A stretch of DNA of 64,000 bases from Lentisphaeria bacterium (GCA_041690595.1 JAWLHB010000027.1:35729-99728); one strand, 5' to 3'. Shown: positions 36,734 through 47,032, counted from the first letter of the stretch. Numbers and translations: made by a program. Notes: generated by a model not told the origin, from the sequence alone.

Positions 36734-38194
36734 CTATTCGCTGATGACAGTATTCGACTTACCCAGGCTCGCCAACTCGGCATCGACTGGTGCCAACTCG
36801 CCAAGAGCGGACTTGTCCGCCAGGAGGATCACGGAGTCGTAGATGGGGATCTGCTTGAAGGTGATGGCGCCGCCGGTGCGCTGGAAGCTGCCGGCCGGTA
36901 CTTCATAGACGCCACCGGTGCGCAGATCCACATAAACAGGCTCCTTCAGGGTGAGGCCTGAGAGCTGGACGGTGGTGACCAGAAATGTGTCTTCGTCTTT
37001 CGGCTTGTCGACGCCCGACCAGATGGCGACAATGGCGGCGCCGTCCGGCTTTGTAAAGGCAAAGGCTGAGACTCTGTTGTTCGGGGAGAGCTTGATGCCG
37101 AGGTTCCTGACACGAGTCAGCGTATTGTCGAAGATGGCGGTCACATTCTGGACGGCGTAATAGGCTTGTTTGGGACGTTCGACGGTCTGGTCATCCGCGC
37201 TCTTGAGCAGCCCCTTGTGGTTCCAGCCGTCGGCGTACTTCATATCGATGATGGCAAAGCAGGAGGAGGGGATGTCGCCGCCGAGATCGCCGAGCATGCG
37301 TCGGGCGTACCATTTCGCCTGGGTCTTCTCGCTCCATGGCTGATGCGAGAGGGCGAAACGATTGCTCTCGACGGAGGGGGCGCCATTCTCTCCCTGGAAG
37401 ATCCCGATGCTCTTGGAGTAGGCGGCAATGACCTTGCGCAGTTCGCCCACGCGATGGTAGCCGAGATCTGGGTTGGCGGAGTAGGGGTGGTAGGTCATGG
37501 CGCTGACCAGATGCAGCTTACGGCGGCGCTTGAGGTTCTCGAGGAGAGCCTTGGCATAATCGACCTCGAAGGAACTTCCGGATGCGATGTAGATGACCGC
37601 TTGCGGCTGCAAGGCCCGTATCGTTTCGGCGGTCTGCACTACGAGGTTGGCGTAGGGCGGAACACCGTTGATGCCGCCTCGGGGTTCGTTCCATATCTCC
37701 CACTCATGGATGTATTTGCCGTAGCGCGTCACGTAGGCGCTGACGTACGCCTTCCAGGCCGCCATGGCTTCGGGCGAGGTGATCATGCCGTTGCCCAGAT
37801 CCGCGCCGCCGCCCCCTGGATATAGGTGGTTGCCGTAGCACAGGCATACCCACGGGCGCACGGATTGCTCGACCATGTCCAGCACGATCTCGTCCATCCA
37901 CGCCCAGTCGTAAACGCCGCGCACCTTCTCGGTCTTGGCCCAGCCGGATTGAATGCGGGCGCGCTTGATGCCCAGCGGGGCAAGGTACTCCCGCCAGTTC
38001 CGGTAGATGGTGTAGTCGCGGTCCATGGTTTCGGCTCCGATGGACCAGTTCGACGAGACGATTTCGCTGGTATTCCGAGGCTGAATCTGGCCGATCTGCC
38101 GATAGGGGATAGCGGGCGCTTCCGGTGTAGCCCCGGTCGCCAGTGTGGCGATTGCAAGTATCGCGTAGACAGTGAGCTTCCCAACTGCGTTCAT
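36734..38194 (-). CDS. Secreted clan GH-A glycoside hydrolase (GH5/GH30/GH39-like)
   Basis: Signal peptide. EWEIWNEP (acid/base NEP) and IFQGENGAPS (nucleophile-like). Confidence 0.55.
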   Translation of the reverse strand: MNAVGKLTVYAILAIATLATGATPEAPAIPYRQIGQIQPRNTSEIVSSNWSIGAETMDRDYTIYRNWREYLAPLGIKRARIQSGWAKTEKVRGVYDWAWMDEIVLDMVEQSVRPWVCLCYGNHLYPGGGGADLGNGMITSPEAMAAWKAYVSAYVTRYGKYIHEWEIWNEPRGGINGVPPYANLVVQTAETIRALQPQAVIYIASGSSFEVDYAKALLENLKRRRKLHLVSAMTYHPYSANPDLGYHRVGELRKVIAAYSKSIGIFQGENGAPSVESNRFALSHQPWSEKTQAKWYARRMLGDLGGDIPSSCFAIIDMKYADGWNHKGLLKSADDQTVERPKQAYYAVQNVTAIFDNTLTRVRNLGIKLSPNNRVSAFAFTKPDGAAIVAIWSGVDKPKDEDTFLVTTVQLSGLTLKEPVYVDLRTGGVYEVPAGSFQRTGGAITFKQIPIYDSVILLADKSALGELAPVDAELASLGKSNTVISE

Positions 38195-38385
38195 GAGCGG
38201 TTTCCCTTCTTGTGGTTCCTCGTCCCGGCTCTCTAATGGTTCATGTTACGATCAACAAAATTCCTCAGCCTTGCAAATCCGCGTCGGTTGCAGGCCTTTC
38301 ACAGCCTCAAAAACTCGCCTCGCACAGTTGAAGAATATTTTCCCGATTGCGGCGATGGCAGATTCCGCTTGGCATGGCACTGTGA

Positions 38386-39645
38386 ATGGCGATCTCGAAC
38401 GAACTCATTACCAAGGCGGAGCAGTGGCGTATGGATGCTACGACGGAGGCAGCGAAGGAGCTTGCGCGGTTGCGGCAGGGCACGGTGCGGATTCAGGCCG
38501 CCCCGGGCGCGACGGTACACATCGAGCAGTTGCGGCATCACTTTGAGTTTGGCACGCCGCTGTCGCGCGTTGGTAGCGAGGAGGCGCTGGACAGCTTTGT
38601 CGCTCATTGGTTCAATGCTGGCGTGATCCCGGTCAAGTGGGGCTACCTCGAACCGAATCCCGGAGAGCGCCGCTACGAAGGACCGGACCGAACGCTGGAA
38701 TGGTGCGAACAGCATGGATTCGCCACCCGGGGCCACTGCCTCTTCTACGCTCACCGCATCCACGTGCAGGAGTGGGTGAAGGCACTGCCCAAGGCGGAAG
38801 CGCTGCGCTGCATGGAACGACACGCTCGGGAGACGGTGCGGCGGTATCGTGGGCGCATTGCTGACTACGATCTCAACAACGAGCTTCTCGATGGCTCCTG
38901 GTACCGCGATCAGTTCGGCGAGGATATCCTCCGGCGCATGGCGGACTGGGTGCTCGAAGAAGATCCCGGTGTGCGGCTCTACGTCAACGAGCACGACATT
39001 GTCACTGGCGGCGACATCGATCGGTACGTAGAGCTGATCGACCGGCTGCTGAGCATCGGGGTGCCGATCCGCGGCATCGGCGTGCAGGGCCATCTCGATC
39101 CTCCCTTCGACCTCTCGCAGGTGAAACCGGTGCTCGACCGCCTCGCCCAGTTCGGCATGCCGATCAAGGTGACCGAGCACGACACCGGCATCAAGCTGAA
39201 GGAGGAATCCTATCGTGGCGTCTCGTGGATCGACGGCGCCGACAAGCTGAAGGATCTGGCTCGCTTTCAGGAGATCCTGGATGGCTATCCAGCGGATTTC
39301 GAGGAGCGCAAGGCGGCCGCGCTGGAGGGGATGTTCAGGATTGTCTTCGCCCACCCGGCCACCAGAGGCATGTACATCTGGGGCTTCCGCGAGGGATCGC
39401 ACTGGCGGACGCGCGGCGAGATCTTCCACCGCGACCTGACACCCCTGCCCGCGGGCGAGGCATTCTGCCGCCTCCTGCGCCAGGAATGGTTCACCGACAG
39501 AAGCGTCATCGCTGACGAAAACGGCATCTGCGCCCTTCGCGCCTGGTACGGGCGTCATCGTCTCACCTCGCGAGGAATCGCCCGAGAGGTCGAACTGCTC
39601 CCGGAGATCCCCCCACCGATAGTCGACCTCACTGCGCCGCTGTAG
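38386..39645 (+). CDS. GH10-like endo-1,4-beta-xylanase family protein (cytoplasmic)
   Basis: RGHCLFY, YDLNNELLDG (acid/base region) and IKVTEHD (nucleophile region) resemble GH10 signatures. No signal peptide. Confidence 0.6.
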   Translation: MAISNELITKAEQWRMDATTEAAKELARLRQGTVRIQAAPGATVHIEQLRHHFEFGTPLSRVGSEEALDSFVAHWFNAGVIPVKWGYLEPNPGERRYEGPDRTLEWCEQHGFATRGHCLFYAHRIHVQEWVKALPKAEALRCMERHARETVRRYRGRIADYDLNNELLDGSWYRDQFGEDILRRMADWVLEEDPGVRLYVNEHDIVTGGDIDRYVELIDRLLSIGVPIRGIGVQGHLDPPFDLSQVKPVLDRLAQFGMPIKVTEHDTGIKLKEESYRGVSWIDGADKLKDLARFQEILDGYPADFEERKAAALEGMFRIVFAHPATRGMYIWGFREGSHWRTRGEIFHRDLTPLPAGEAFCRLLRQEWFTDRSVIADENGICALRAWYGRHRLTSRGIAREVELLPEIPPPIVDLTAPL

Positions 39646-39677
39646 CGACGGACCATGCACATAAGGACATGCTGTCG

Positions 39678-40490
39678 TCAAGCGGTGACGTTCAGGGAGT
39701 CGATGAAGGCAAGGAGGTCGGCGAAGGCTTCCTTCTGCTGGCGGCGGCTTGTATCGTAGAAGAAGCCATGTTCCGCCTTGGTATGAACCCGGATCTGGGC
39801 GCGGCGGCCGCAAGCGTGCATCGCGGCCGCGAACCGCTCCGTCAACTCCAGCGGGAACATGTGTTCATTCTCGGCCTGCTGGAAGAGCAGCGGACAAGAC
39901 GAGGCGCTGACGTGGCGAATGGGCGAGACGCGTCGATACGCCTCGGGATCCTGCTCGTAGGGCACCCCGACGATGTTCTGCATCGAGTTCCAGATGATGG
40001 GGAAGATATCCGCCCAGGGTTCGAAGGTGGCGGGACCGCAGGAGAGGGCGGCGCCGACGGGCGCAATCCACCCGGCGCTCAAGCCGGTGGTCCCGAAGGT
40101 CAGACTTTCCCCGCAGGCGCCCGGTTCCGCCAGCGCCAGCAGCGCGGCCAGATGCGCCCCGGCGGAGCTGCCCAGCACTACGATCTTCTCCGGCCGTCCG
40201 GCCTCGCGAAGCCAGCGGCGAAAGAGGTCGTAGCCGTGGCGCACGTCGGTCAGTTGATCCTGTATGCAGGTTCCCGCCAGCCGGTAATCGGTGGAGGCCG
40301 AGATGAAGCCGTGCTGGCGTAGAGCCCACATCAGGGGGTGAAGGCCGGCACGCGCGCCGCCCCGCCAGCCACCACCGTGCACAAAGAAGAGGGCGACCGG
40401 CCGCTCGCCGTTCTCGGGTTGAAACATGTCGAGTACCCGTCCATTCACGGGTTCGTCATCGAAATAGGCGGTCGTGAAGTCAAAGCTCAT
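39678..40490 (-). CDS. Alpha/beta-hydrolase fold esterase (acetyl-esterase/lipase-like)
   Basis: HGGGW oxyanion motif and GSSAGAH nucleophile elbow. Confidence 0.75.
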   Translation of the reverse strand: MSFDFTTAYFDDEPVNGRVLDMFQPENGERPVALFFVHGGGWRGGARAGLHPLMWALRQHGFISASTDYRLAGTCIQDQLTDVRHGYDLFRRWLREAGRPEKIVVLGSSAGAHLAALLALAEPGACGESLTFGTTGLSAGWIAPVGAALSCGPATFEPWADIFPIIWNSMQNIVGVPYEQDPEAYRRVSPIRHVSASSCPLLFQQAENEHMFPLELTERFAAAMHACGRRAQIRVHTKAEHGFFYDTSRRQQKEAFADLLAFIDSLNVTA

Positions 40491-41830
40491 GGTGCTGCAT
40501 CTTCCTGCTGGTGGCGAAGTTGGTCGGGACCGCCCAAGGCCAGCACGGCACTACCCGATCCGGCTTTGAAGCGGATGGCAAGGACGTGCTCCCCTCGAGC
40601 GAGGTCGATTGTACAGAGATGATCGCGCATGTCGGGGGGCCAGTTGACATTGCCGCTGGTGCTGGTATCGCAGATCGACGCCCCGTCGACCCATACCTGC
40701 ATCCACCAGTCGGCACCAAAGCCGAGCGTGACCTTGCCGTCGCGCAAGGCCGCGATCGTGCCAAAGATCCAGGCAACGCGTTGCTTCTCGAAGGAGCCGT
40801 AGATCTGCTCGAAATCGAGGCGGTTCCCCGTCGCTTGAACGGTTGTGGCGGCGAAGCTTCTCCCGTCAACCCCGATCGCGTCCGGCAGGGTGGTAAGCAC
40901 GTCGTCGTCGACATGATCGTCCTCCCGCATCGGGCCGAAGACGCGCCACTCGCTCGGCCACGTGAGATTGCCGAGGATCTCGACGGCTGGCGTCGGAATC
41001 GAGGTGAAGCTGATCTTGTCGACGAGGAGGCGGGCCCCTTCTTCGGGGATGCGGTTCCAATTGCCGAACCAGACGAAGGGGCGTACATAGGCTGTGCCCC
41101 GCCAGAACTGGTGCCCGCTGGCGCCAAATCTGGCCTCGCCCTGCAGGGTGCGCGAGAAGTTTGTCCATTCGGCGGGAATCCAGCCATCGGCGGCACCGTA
41201 GAGCGGCGCGCCATAGGGGGAGTGCAGCCGAACCTTGACGCCGTTTGGATAGTCGGACGAAAGAGGCGTCGCCAGCCTGATCGTGTAATGCTCCCCCTCG
41301 TCCAGCACCTCCTTGATGGGTGCCGACAAGGCGTAGTTCGGCAGGTCGGCATAGTCGTCGGCAACATTGAAGGCGACACAATTCCCCCGGTGTTCCAGCC
41401 ACCGAGGGTTGCCGACAATGCGCAGCTCAGTCGTGCCTTTCATCGCGGGTTCGGCCAAAGCCGTTTCGCTGTTGTACACGGCGCCCACGTTCTGCATGGT
41501 GATGGGGCGCTTCTCCTTGGTGTACATGCGCAGCCCCATGTTGGCGCTGGCGGGAAGCGTGGCCTCCAGCGAGCGCATCCAGGCCGAGATTGTATAGGTC
41601 GACCCCATGTCGATGGGAATCATCTCGGAACTGATAAGCTCCGTGGGGTACTTTCCATATAGCTCAAAGCTTCCCTCGCCGGTAAGCTTGACCGCTTCGT
41701 TGATCTTGACCATGCCGCTCCAGGTGGAGGCAGCTTTGCCGTCCAGCAAGTGGTGCTCCTCGGCCGCCGCCCAAAGCGGACCGCTCAGAAGCCAGGCAAC
41801 CATCATCACGACCGTCAGTCGTCGTGTCAT
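40487..41830 (-). CDS. Secreted hypothetical protein with concanavalin/CBM4_9-like domain
   Basis: Start MTRRLTVVMMVAWLLSGPLWAAA signal. Beta-rich. No catalytic motif recognised. Confidence 0.4.
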   Translation of the reverse strand: MTRRLTVVMMVAWLLSGPLWAAAEEHHLLDGKAASTWSGMVKINEAVKLTGEGSFELYGKYPTELISSEMIPIDMGSTYTISAWMRSLEATLPASANMGLRMYTKEKRPITMQNVGAVYNSETALAEPAMKGTTELRIVGNPRWLEHRGNCVAFNVADDYADLPNYALSAPIKEVLDEGEHYTIRLATPLSSDYPNGVKVRLHSPYGAPLYGAADGWIPAEWTNFSRTLQGEARFGASGHQFWRGTAYVRPFVWFGNWNRIPEEGARLLVDKISFTSIPTPAVEILGNLTWPSEWRVFGPMREDDHVDDDVLTTLPDAIGVDGRSFAATTVQATGNRLDFEQIYGSFEKQRVAWIFGTIAALRDGKVTLGFGADWWMQVWVDGASICDTSTSGNVNWPPDMRDHLCTIDLARGEHVLAIRFKAGSGSAVLALGGPDQLRHQQEDAAP

Positions 41831-41859
41831 CCTCACAGTTCTCTCCTCATGGTTGTGTC

Positions 41860-43671
41860 TCACGCTCGAATGGTGAAGTCATCGCGGCATTGGCCGCCTG
41901 GCTCGAAAACCTTGACGGCGATGTAATCCGCCCTGATCTTCACCCCGGTCACGGTGTCGTTGGCGTTGGCGACAATCGTGAAAGGGAACGAAGCCCGCAG
42001 GGGGTGCTTTGCGCTGTACTCCCTGTCGCTGGTCGGGGCGAAGTGCGGTTCGCCGGCATCCGCGCGCAGGTAATGATGCACGTGGCCGCAGATCATCAGA
42101 TTCGGCAGGGGAGCCGGCGAGGCCGGATCGTGCAGCTCGCCAATCATCCCGCGGAAGCTCGCTGCTGCCAGCACTTCCTTCTTGTAGGGCGGTATGTGGA
42201 CGAGGACGATGCGGAAGGTGGCCTCGGCGTATGCAGCGGAGGCCACCACGTCTCGCAGGAAGGCCTGCTCCTCCTTCCAGAGCCGGTCATTACTGAAGAG
42301 GCGGGAATCCGAATGATCGATGCCGCTGTCGAGCACGATGAAGAAGGCTTCGCCGTGGCGAAAGGCATACCAGGTCTTGCCGGAGGGGTGGCGCATGCAG
42401 GCGTAATACTCGTCCGCAAAGATGCCCAGCATCTCGTGGTTGCCGCGCACGAAGACCAAGGGCTTCCTCGCGCCAAAGCCGGCCGTCAGCGGATCGAGCC
42501 ATCCATCGTAGACAGCCTTGCGTCCAGCAGCGTGGCTCAGGCTGTCCCCCAAAACGACCAGGAAGTCGGCCTGCCGCGATTCCTCCGTCTCCAATGCCGC
42601 CTTCGCCAATCTCACGTTGGAATGGAGGTCCGAGACGCAGAGGAACGAGAACTCTCCCTTCCGTGGGTCTATGGTCGTGAAGGCGTAGACTTGTGGGTGA
42701 CGTACCGGCACATCCACCACGGGGGAAAGGGCAACCAGCCGATACTCGTAGTCCGTCTTCGGCTCCAGGTCGGTCAGGGTGACCGAATGCAAGGTCTCGT
42801 GCGGAAGCAGCCCGCAGCGGTAGCCGAGATCTTTCGTCTCGACCTGTTCGCTCCCCTTCTTGTTGTACTCGATAAAGGCCGGCACCCGCCCAGCCGTCTC
42901 CCAGGTGATGGTCATCGAGCTTTCCGTCGGATTCGACAGCCACGGCCCGTGGACGATAGTCGTGGCCTTGACCAGAAAGTCGCTCTGCAACGCCTCGTAG
43001 TCGGCGCGCGTCAGCTGCCGTCCATCGTGCTTGCCCGTGCGCAGATGGTAGGCCAGGTTGTAGTCGCACAGGAGGAGGGTTCCGAAGTTCTCCACCTCGT
43101 GGAAGCGGGTGGTGAGCGGGCTCCAGACGGAGTGTTCGCCCCGCTTCAGCGCCTGGCGGCACAGGTTGAAGGCGAGCCCGCCTTCGTCGACCGGCAACAT
43201 GGCGAGAGGAATCTCGATCTCCGCATACCATCCGGCATCGTCGCTGAAAGTCAGCGCACGCCAGGAGGAATAGCTGCCGGCGCTGTCGAACCTGCCGCCG
43301 CCGATTCCGACCCCCAGCTGCAGCAGCCACGGCTCCGGATAGATCGCGCCGAAGTGCAGCTCCGCCATATCCCCCAGCCAGATCGTAGCCCCGTCTCCCG
43401 TCCCCGGATTGGCGAGCCGATCCGGCTCTTCCGCAAAGAAGAAGGCCAGATAGAGGAACGCATGATCCCGGAAGAGGCGCAAACCCGATGGCTGGTGCGG
43501 GGGATTCGCATTGGGGAAACCAACGAAGTCCTCGACCAACGCCGCTTGCTGCCAGATGGGATCGCCCACCTTTGTCCCAAAACTGAACGCCTGCGTCAAA
43601 AGTGGAACGGAAATCGCTTTCTGAACAGGAAAAGACGAGTAGGTAACGAGCTTCTGCCTGACTTGCATCAT
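41860..43671 (-). CDS. Calcineurin-like metallophosphoesterase (purple-acid-phosphatase-like) with N-terminal CBM9-like and FN3-like domains
   Basis: GDSLSH, GNHE and GHVHHY phosphoesterase motifs. PAP-N-like FN3 segment (TITWETAG...YEYRL). Confidence 0.75.
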   Translation of the reverse strand: MMQVRQKLVTYSSFPVQKAISVPLLTQAFSFGTKVGDPIWQQAALVEDFVGFPNANPPHQPSGLRLFRDHAFLYLAFFFAEEPDRLANPGTGDGATIWLGDMAELHFGAIYPEPWLLQLGVGIGGGRFDSAGSYSSWRALTFSDDAGWYAEIEIPLAMLPVDEGGLAFNLCRQALKRGEHSVWSPLTTRFHEVENFGTLLLCDYNLAYHLRTGKHDGRQLTRADYEALQSDFLVKATTIVHGPWLSNPTESSMTITWETAGRVPAFIEYNKKGSEQVETKDLGYRCGLLPHETLHSVTLTDLEPKTDYEYRLVALSPVVDVPVRHPQVYAFTTIDPRKGEFSFLCVSDLHSNVRLAKAALETEESRQADFLVVLGDSLSHAAGRKAVYDGWLDPLTAGFGARKPLVFVRGNHEMLGIFADEYYACMRHPSGKTWYAFRHGEAFFIVLDSGIDHSDSRLFSNDRLWKEEQAFLRDVVASAAYAEATFRIVLVHIPPYKKEVLAAASFRGMIGELHDPASPAPLPNLMICGHVHHYLRADAGEPHFAPTSDREYSAKHPLRASFPFTIVANANDTVTGVKIRADYIAVKVFEPGGQCRDDFTIRA

Positions 43672-43700
43672 GTTGAAAGATCCGGGGTTGCGCTGGGGGC

Positions 43701-44459
43701 TTACGCCGATGGGGCGAGTTTCAGTTGGATGGCGTGGAAGGCGAGAGCTTCGCGGACGTGCAGGTCCCAGTAGTCCCAGTTGTGATTGCCCGGATACTCC
43801 GCATAGTCGTGGGCGATCCCTTCCTCCCGCAGAAAGCCATGGAAGCGGCGGTTGTCCTCGAGGAGAAAATCCTCCGTTCCACAGTCGATCTTCAGGGCAG
43901 GTAGTTTTCCCTGGCTGGCAGCTCGCCTTGCAAGTGCCTGCAAGTCATGGTCGCTCCCCTCCGCCTTGTCGCCCCAGATACGAGCGAATTCGGGCGACTC
44001 CGCGCTACGCAGGTGGTGCAGAAGCGCGCCACTGTGGCTGTTGGCGGACGCGTATCGATCCGGGTAGCCGAGGGCAAGGCGCAGGGCACCATAGCCGCCC
44101 ATCGAGAGGCCACCAATGCATCGGCCGTGCCGCTCGGGGATCGCCTGGAAGTGGCGCTCCACAAAGCTCGGCAGCTCCTCGGCCATATAGGTGGCGTAGG
44201 CCGGCCCCTCTTCGTTGTTGGTATAGAAGCCTCGGAAACCGTCCGGCATGACGACGATCAGCGGATATTCCGCCGCATACATCTCGATGCGGCTGCGGCG
44301 CTGCCACATGGTATGGTCGTCGGACAATCCATGCAACAGGTAGAAGACCGGCCAGGGCGGTTTGCCCTGGGTAGGCAGCAACACATTCATGCCGACCGCT
44401 TTCTGCAGGGTCGCGCTGTTCCAGTCGATGTGGGCAAAGGGCATATGAGGGATCTCCAA
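43701..44459 (-). CDS. Esterase (esterase D / S-formylglutathione-hydrolase-like, CE1-like)
   Basis: LLHGLSDDH and GLSMGG motifs. Confidence 0.7.
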   Translation of the reverse strand: MEIPHMPFAHIDWNSATLQKAVGMNVLLPTQGKPPWPVFYLLHGLSDDHTMWQRRSRIEMYAAEYPLIVVMPDGFRGFYTNNEEGPAYATYMAEELPSFVERHFQAIPERHGRCIGGLSMGGYGALRLALGYPDRYASANSHSGALLHHLRSAESPEFARIWGDKAEGSDHDLQALARRAASQGKLPALKIDCGTEDFLLEDNRRFHGFLREEGIAHDYAEYPGNHNWDYWDLHVREALAFHAIQLKLAPSA

Positions 44460-44476
44460 AGGGGAATGGTTACGGG

Positions 44477-46738
44477 TCAGCGGATGGTGAGGCGGGCGGT
44501 GGCAGGCAATTTGGCGCGCAGCAGCCAGTTACCCTGATGCTCCTCGATCTCCGCGGCAAAGGGCGCTCCACCCAGGCTCAGGCCGGTCGGGCGCCGCGAA
44601 AGGGCGAGGCTGAGATCCCCGGCATGACGGACCGTCACCGAGATCGCCTCATCGGAGCGGCATGGATCTTCCAGTTCATGGTCGGCATCCAGTATCTGCT
44701 GCTGCTCATCGCGGGGCGAGATGGCGAGGAGGGCACTCGCGTGCGGAGCGATGGTGATCTCCAGTTCGCCGCTGAAGCTCTCGGTCGTCAGCGCCCAGAC
44801 TTCCGTCGCCAGATAGTCGCCCGCAGGCAGCATCAAGTCCCCCGGGGTGAGGCTGAAGGTGCGCTCTTCGTCTTCGAGATTGAAGATGGCGACCGTGCGC
44901 AACGGCAGCCCCTCGGCCTCCTCCAGCAGCGAGAAGTGAGGCGTACGCAAGTACCAGATAGCAGGCGCGATCTGCGCGGCATCCCGATAGTCGAAGCGGC
45001 TCGTGAAGACATCCTGCCCATTGTTGGGGCAGCAGATCGCCTTGCGAAGCCAGCGCAGCCGCGGATGGTCCGGCTCGCGATGCAGCCAGCCGGCGATCTC
45101 CACCAGCGAGCGCGTGATGAGGCAGTAGTTGATGGCCGTCAGCGCCTCGTTGTCGCTCAGCCCCGGAAAAAGACCGATGGAATCGCTGTTCGGGACAAAG
45201 AGGTCGCCGATATGCAGAGCAAAGCAGGCCGCGCCCCACAGGAAGTTGGTCCGTACATGGTCCCAGTTGCCGCCGCCTACATCGATCCCGTAGCGGTAGT
45301 TGTTGAAATACTCCGCGAGGAACGGATTCGCCATCACGATGTCGCAGCCCGTCTGCAGGTAACCATCGGCCGGAAGATGATCCCGGATCGCGCGCAGCCA
45401 CCAGGTACGCCATTCGTAGCCCGTCTTCTCCTCGTTCGCCAGAAGAGCATGCGAGTCCTCGAAAGCGTAGCTCCAGAAGTCATGCTTTATCGCTTCATAG
45501 CCACACTCCTGCGTGAACCAGCGGAGCGCCCGCAGCATGTACTCCCGCACCTCGGGTTGACTCACGTCGAGGACGCGGCTGTCCGGCAGGCGGTAGCTGT
45601 AGTCGATGAACCACTCCGGGTGGTCCGCGATCAGCGACGACTGGTTCAGGATCTTGCCCCCTATCCAGATTGCCGGTCGCACACCCCGCGCCCGGATGTC
45701 GTCCGCCACGGCCTTCATCCCACGCGGAAACTTCATGCGGTCGACACCGTCGGGCTCTTCATACGGTACGCCCAACCCATGCGCATTCCCCGTCGCGGTC
45801 GACCAGTGAGCATACCCATCGTCGATTTGCAGCCACTCTACCGTCGGCAGTTCACGGCCCAGATAGGCCGCCATCTTCACCAGCTCCGTGTCCTCGATCT
45901 TGCGGTTGATGCCGTCATTCCACGAGCCCCAGACAACCGTACGCCGGTTGATGTGGCGCGCTCCCTGCAGCGGTGGAAGGTGTCGCCGAAGCACACTCGT
46001 GAATCCGGCAAAAAGCTTATCCAGTTGATCGGCCTCATCCGTCGCCCCCATGTACCACTGATCGTCGAGAACGGCGCCAGGTTGCCAAGTAAGGGCCCCG
46101 ATCCCCTTGCAGGACGAGAGGCACTGCCAGTAGAGCTGATCCCCCTCATGGTCGAGAAGGTAGTTGTGGTAGAAGAGGCGCTGCGACAATGTCCCATGAA
46201 CAAGCCCCCGCGCAGCCTCATAGTTGCCGACGAGGATAGCCGGAAAGGGCTGATACGGCGAGTTGCCGATTCGTTCACCCGCCACCTGCGGGTCGGCCCA
46301 CTTGGTGCCCGCCAGTGCATCGTGGCCGCTGTCCTGCACCATCTCCGCGCCCCGATCGAGCCGGACCGGAATCGCCATGCGCTGATAGATCCGCGGATTC
46401 TCCGCATGGTAAAAATAATCTTGCTCCCGCCCGGTGCCGACGCTGAAGCCGCGCAACCCGACACAGAGATCCACCAGTCGCAGCGGCCGTTCCCCCACAT
46501 TTCGCAACCGCCGATGCCACTCGATATCGCTCCCGTTCCAGCGCACATCGTGCTCCTCCCGGATGCTCTCCCCGCAACGCCCGATCACAAAAGCCGTACG
46601 CGCATCACGATCGATGCGGCATTCCTCGATCTCCAGCGGCAACTCACCTTCCTCCAATCGAACACCAAACTCCACCCGTCCCTCCGGGCATCTGAGCAAC
46701 GAACCAAGCAATGTCGACAAGGATGCAAATAGATCCAT
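44477..46738 (-). CDS. Alpha-galactosidase, GH36/GH27-clan (melibiase-like)
   Basis: VEWLQIDDGY and KFPRGMKAVADDIRARGVRPAIWI are typical of GH36/GH27. Start at MDLFAS. No signal peptide. Confidence 0.65.
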   Translation of the reverse strand: MDLFASLSTLLGSLLRCPEGRVEFGVRLEEGELPLEIEECRIDRDARTAFVIGRCGESIREEHDVRWNGSDIEWHRRLRNVGERPLRLVDLCVGLRGFSVGTGREQDYFYHAENPRIYQRMAIPVRLDRGAEMVQDSGHDALAGTKWADPQVAGERIGNSPYQPFPAILVGNYEAARGLVHGTLSQRLFYHNYLLDHEGDQLYWQCLSSCKGIGALTWQPGAVLDDQWYMGATDEADQLDKLFAGFTSVLRRHLPPLQGARHINRRTVVWGSWNDGINRKIEDTELVKMAAYLGRELPTVEWLQIDDGYAHWSTATGNAHGLGVPYEEPDGVDRMKFPRGMKAVADDIRARGVRPAIWIGGKILNQSSLIADHPEWFIDYSYRLPDSRVLDVSQPEVREYMLRALRWFTQECGYEAIKHDFWSYAFEDSHALLANEEKTGYEWRTWWLRAIRDHLPADGYLQTGCDIVMANPFLAEYFNNYRYGIDVGGGNWDHVRTNFLWGAACFALHIGDLFVPNSDSIGLFPGLSDNEALTAINYCLITRSLVEIAGWLHREPDHPRLRWLRKAICCPNNGQDVFTSRFDYRDAAQIAPAIWYLRTPHFSLLEEAEGLPLRTVAIFNLEDEERTFSLTPGDLMLPAGDYLATEVWALTTESFSGELEITIAPHASALLAISPRDEQQQILDADHELEDPCRSDEAISVTVRHAGDLSLALSRRPTGLSLGGAPFAAEIEEHQGNWLLRAKLPATARLTIR

Positions 46739-46974
46739 AATCCCTTTCCTTATGCAAGAATTTCCCCTATCCATACTTCCCGCCCCCTCCTATTTCCACT
46801 CCCCCCAGCACTTTTGATCTTTCCCCGGGAACGCCATTCGCCCGAGCGGACGGCAAAAGAAGATCTTTGCGACAGGGAAGACACCCCACGCTTCACCCGG
46901 GCGGCCTGATCCGTCCGATCCGCCCGATCCGTCCGATCACCAGCGCCTTCAGGCCGTCGCCGGCACACACCAAC

Positions 46975-47010
46975 AAAAAAAGCCTGCCGACGGGGTGGGC
47001 GTCGGCAGGC
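46975..47010 (-). terminator. Rho-independent terminator (GCCUGCCGACG-loop-CGUCGGCAGGC + U7 on the minus transcript) after gene 47033..47746
   Basis: Perfect 11-bp stem and A7/T7 run read directly. Confidence 0.65.
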
Positions 47011-47032
47011 TGAGGGAAGCACGGTCTAACTA

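Noticed and set aside
46750-47022. 90-aa minus-strand ORF in the GH36 upstream region
   Set aside because: Arg/Gly/Ala-rich junk-like translation overlapping a terminator hairpin and the GATC repeat. No RBS. Treated as non-coding.
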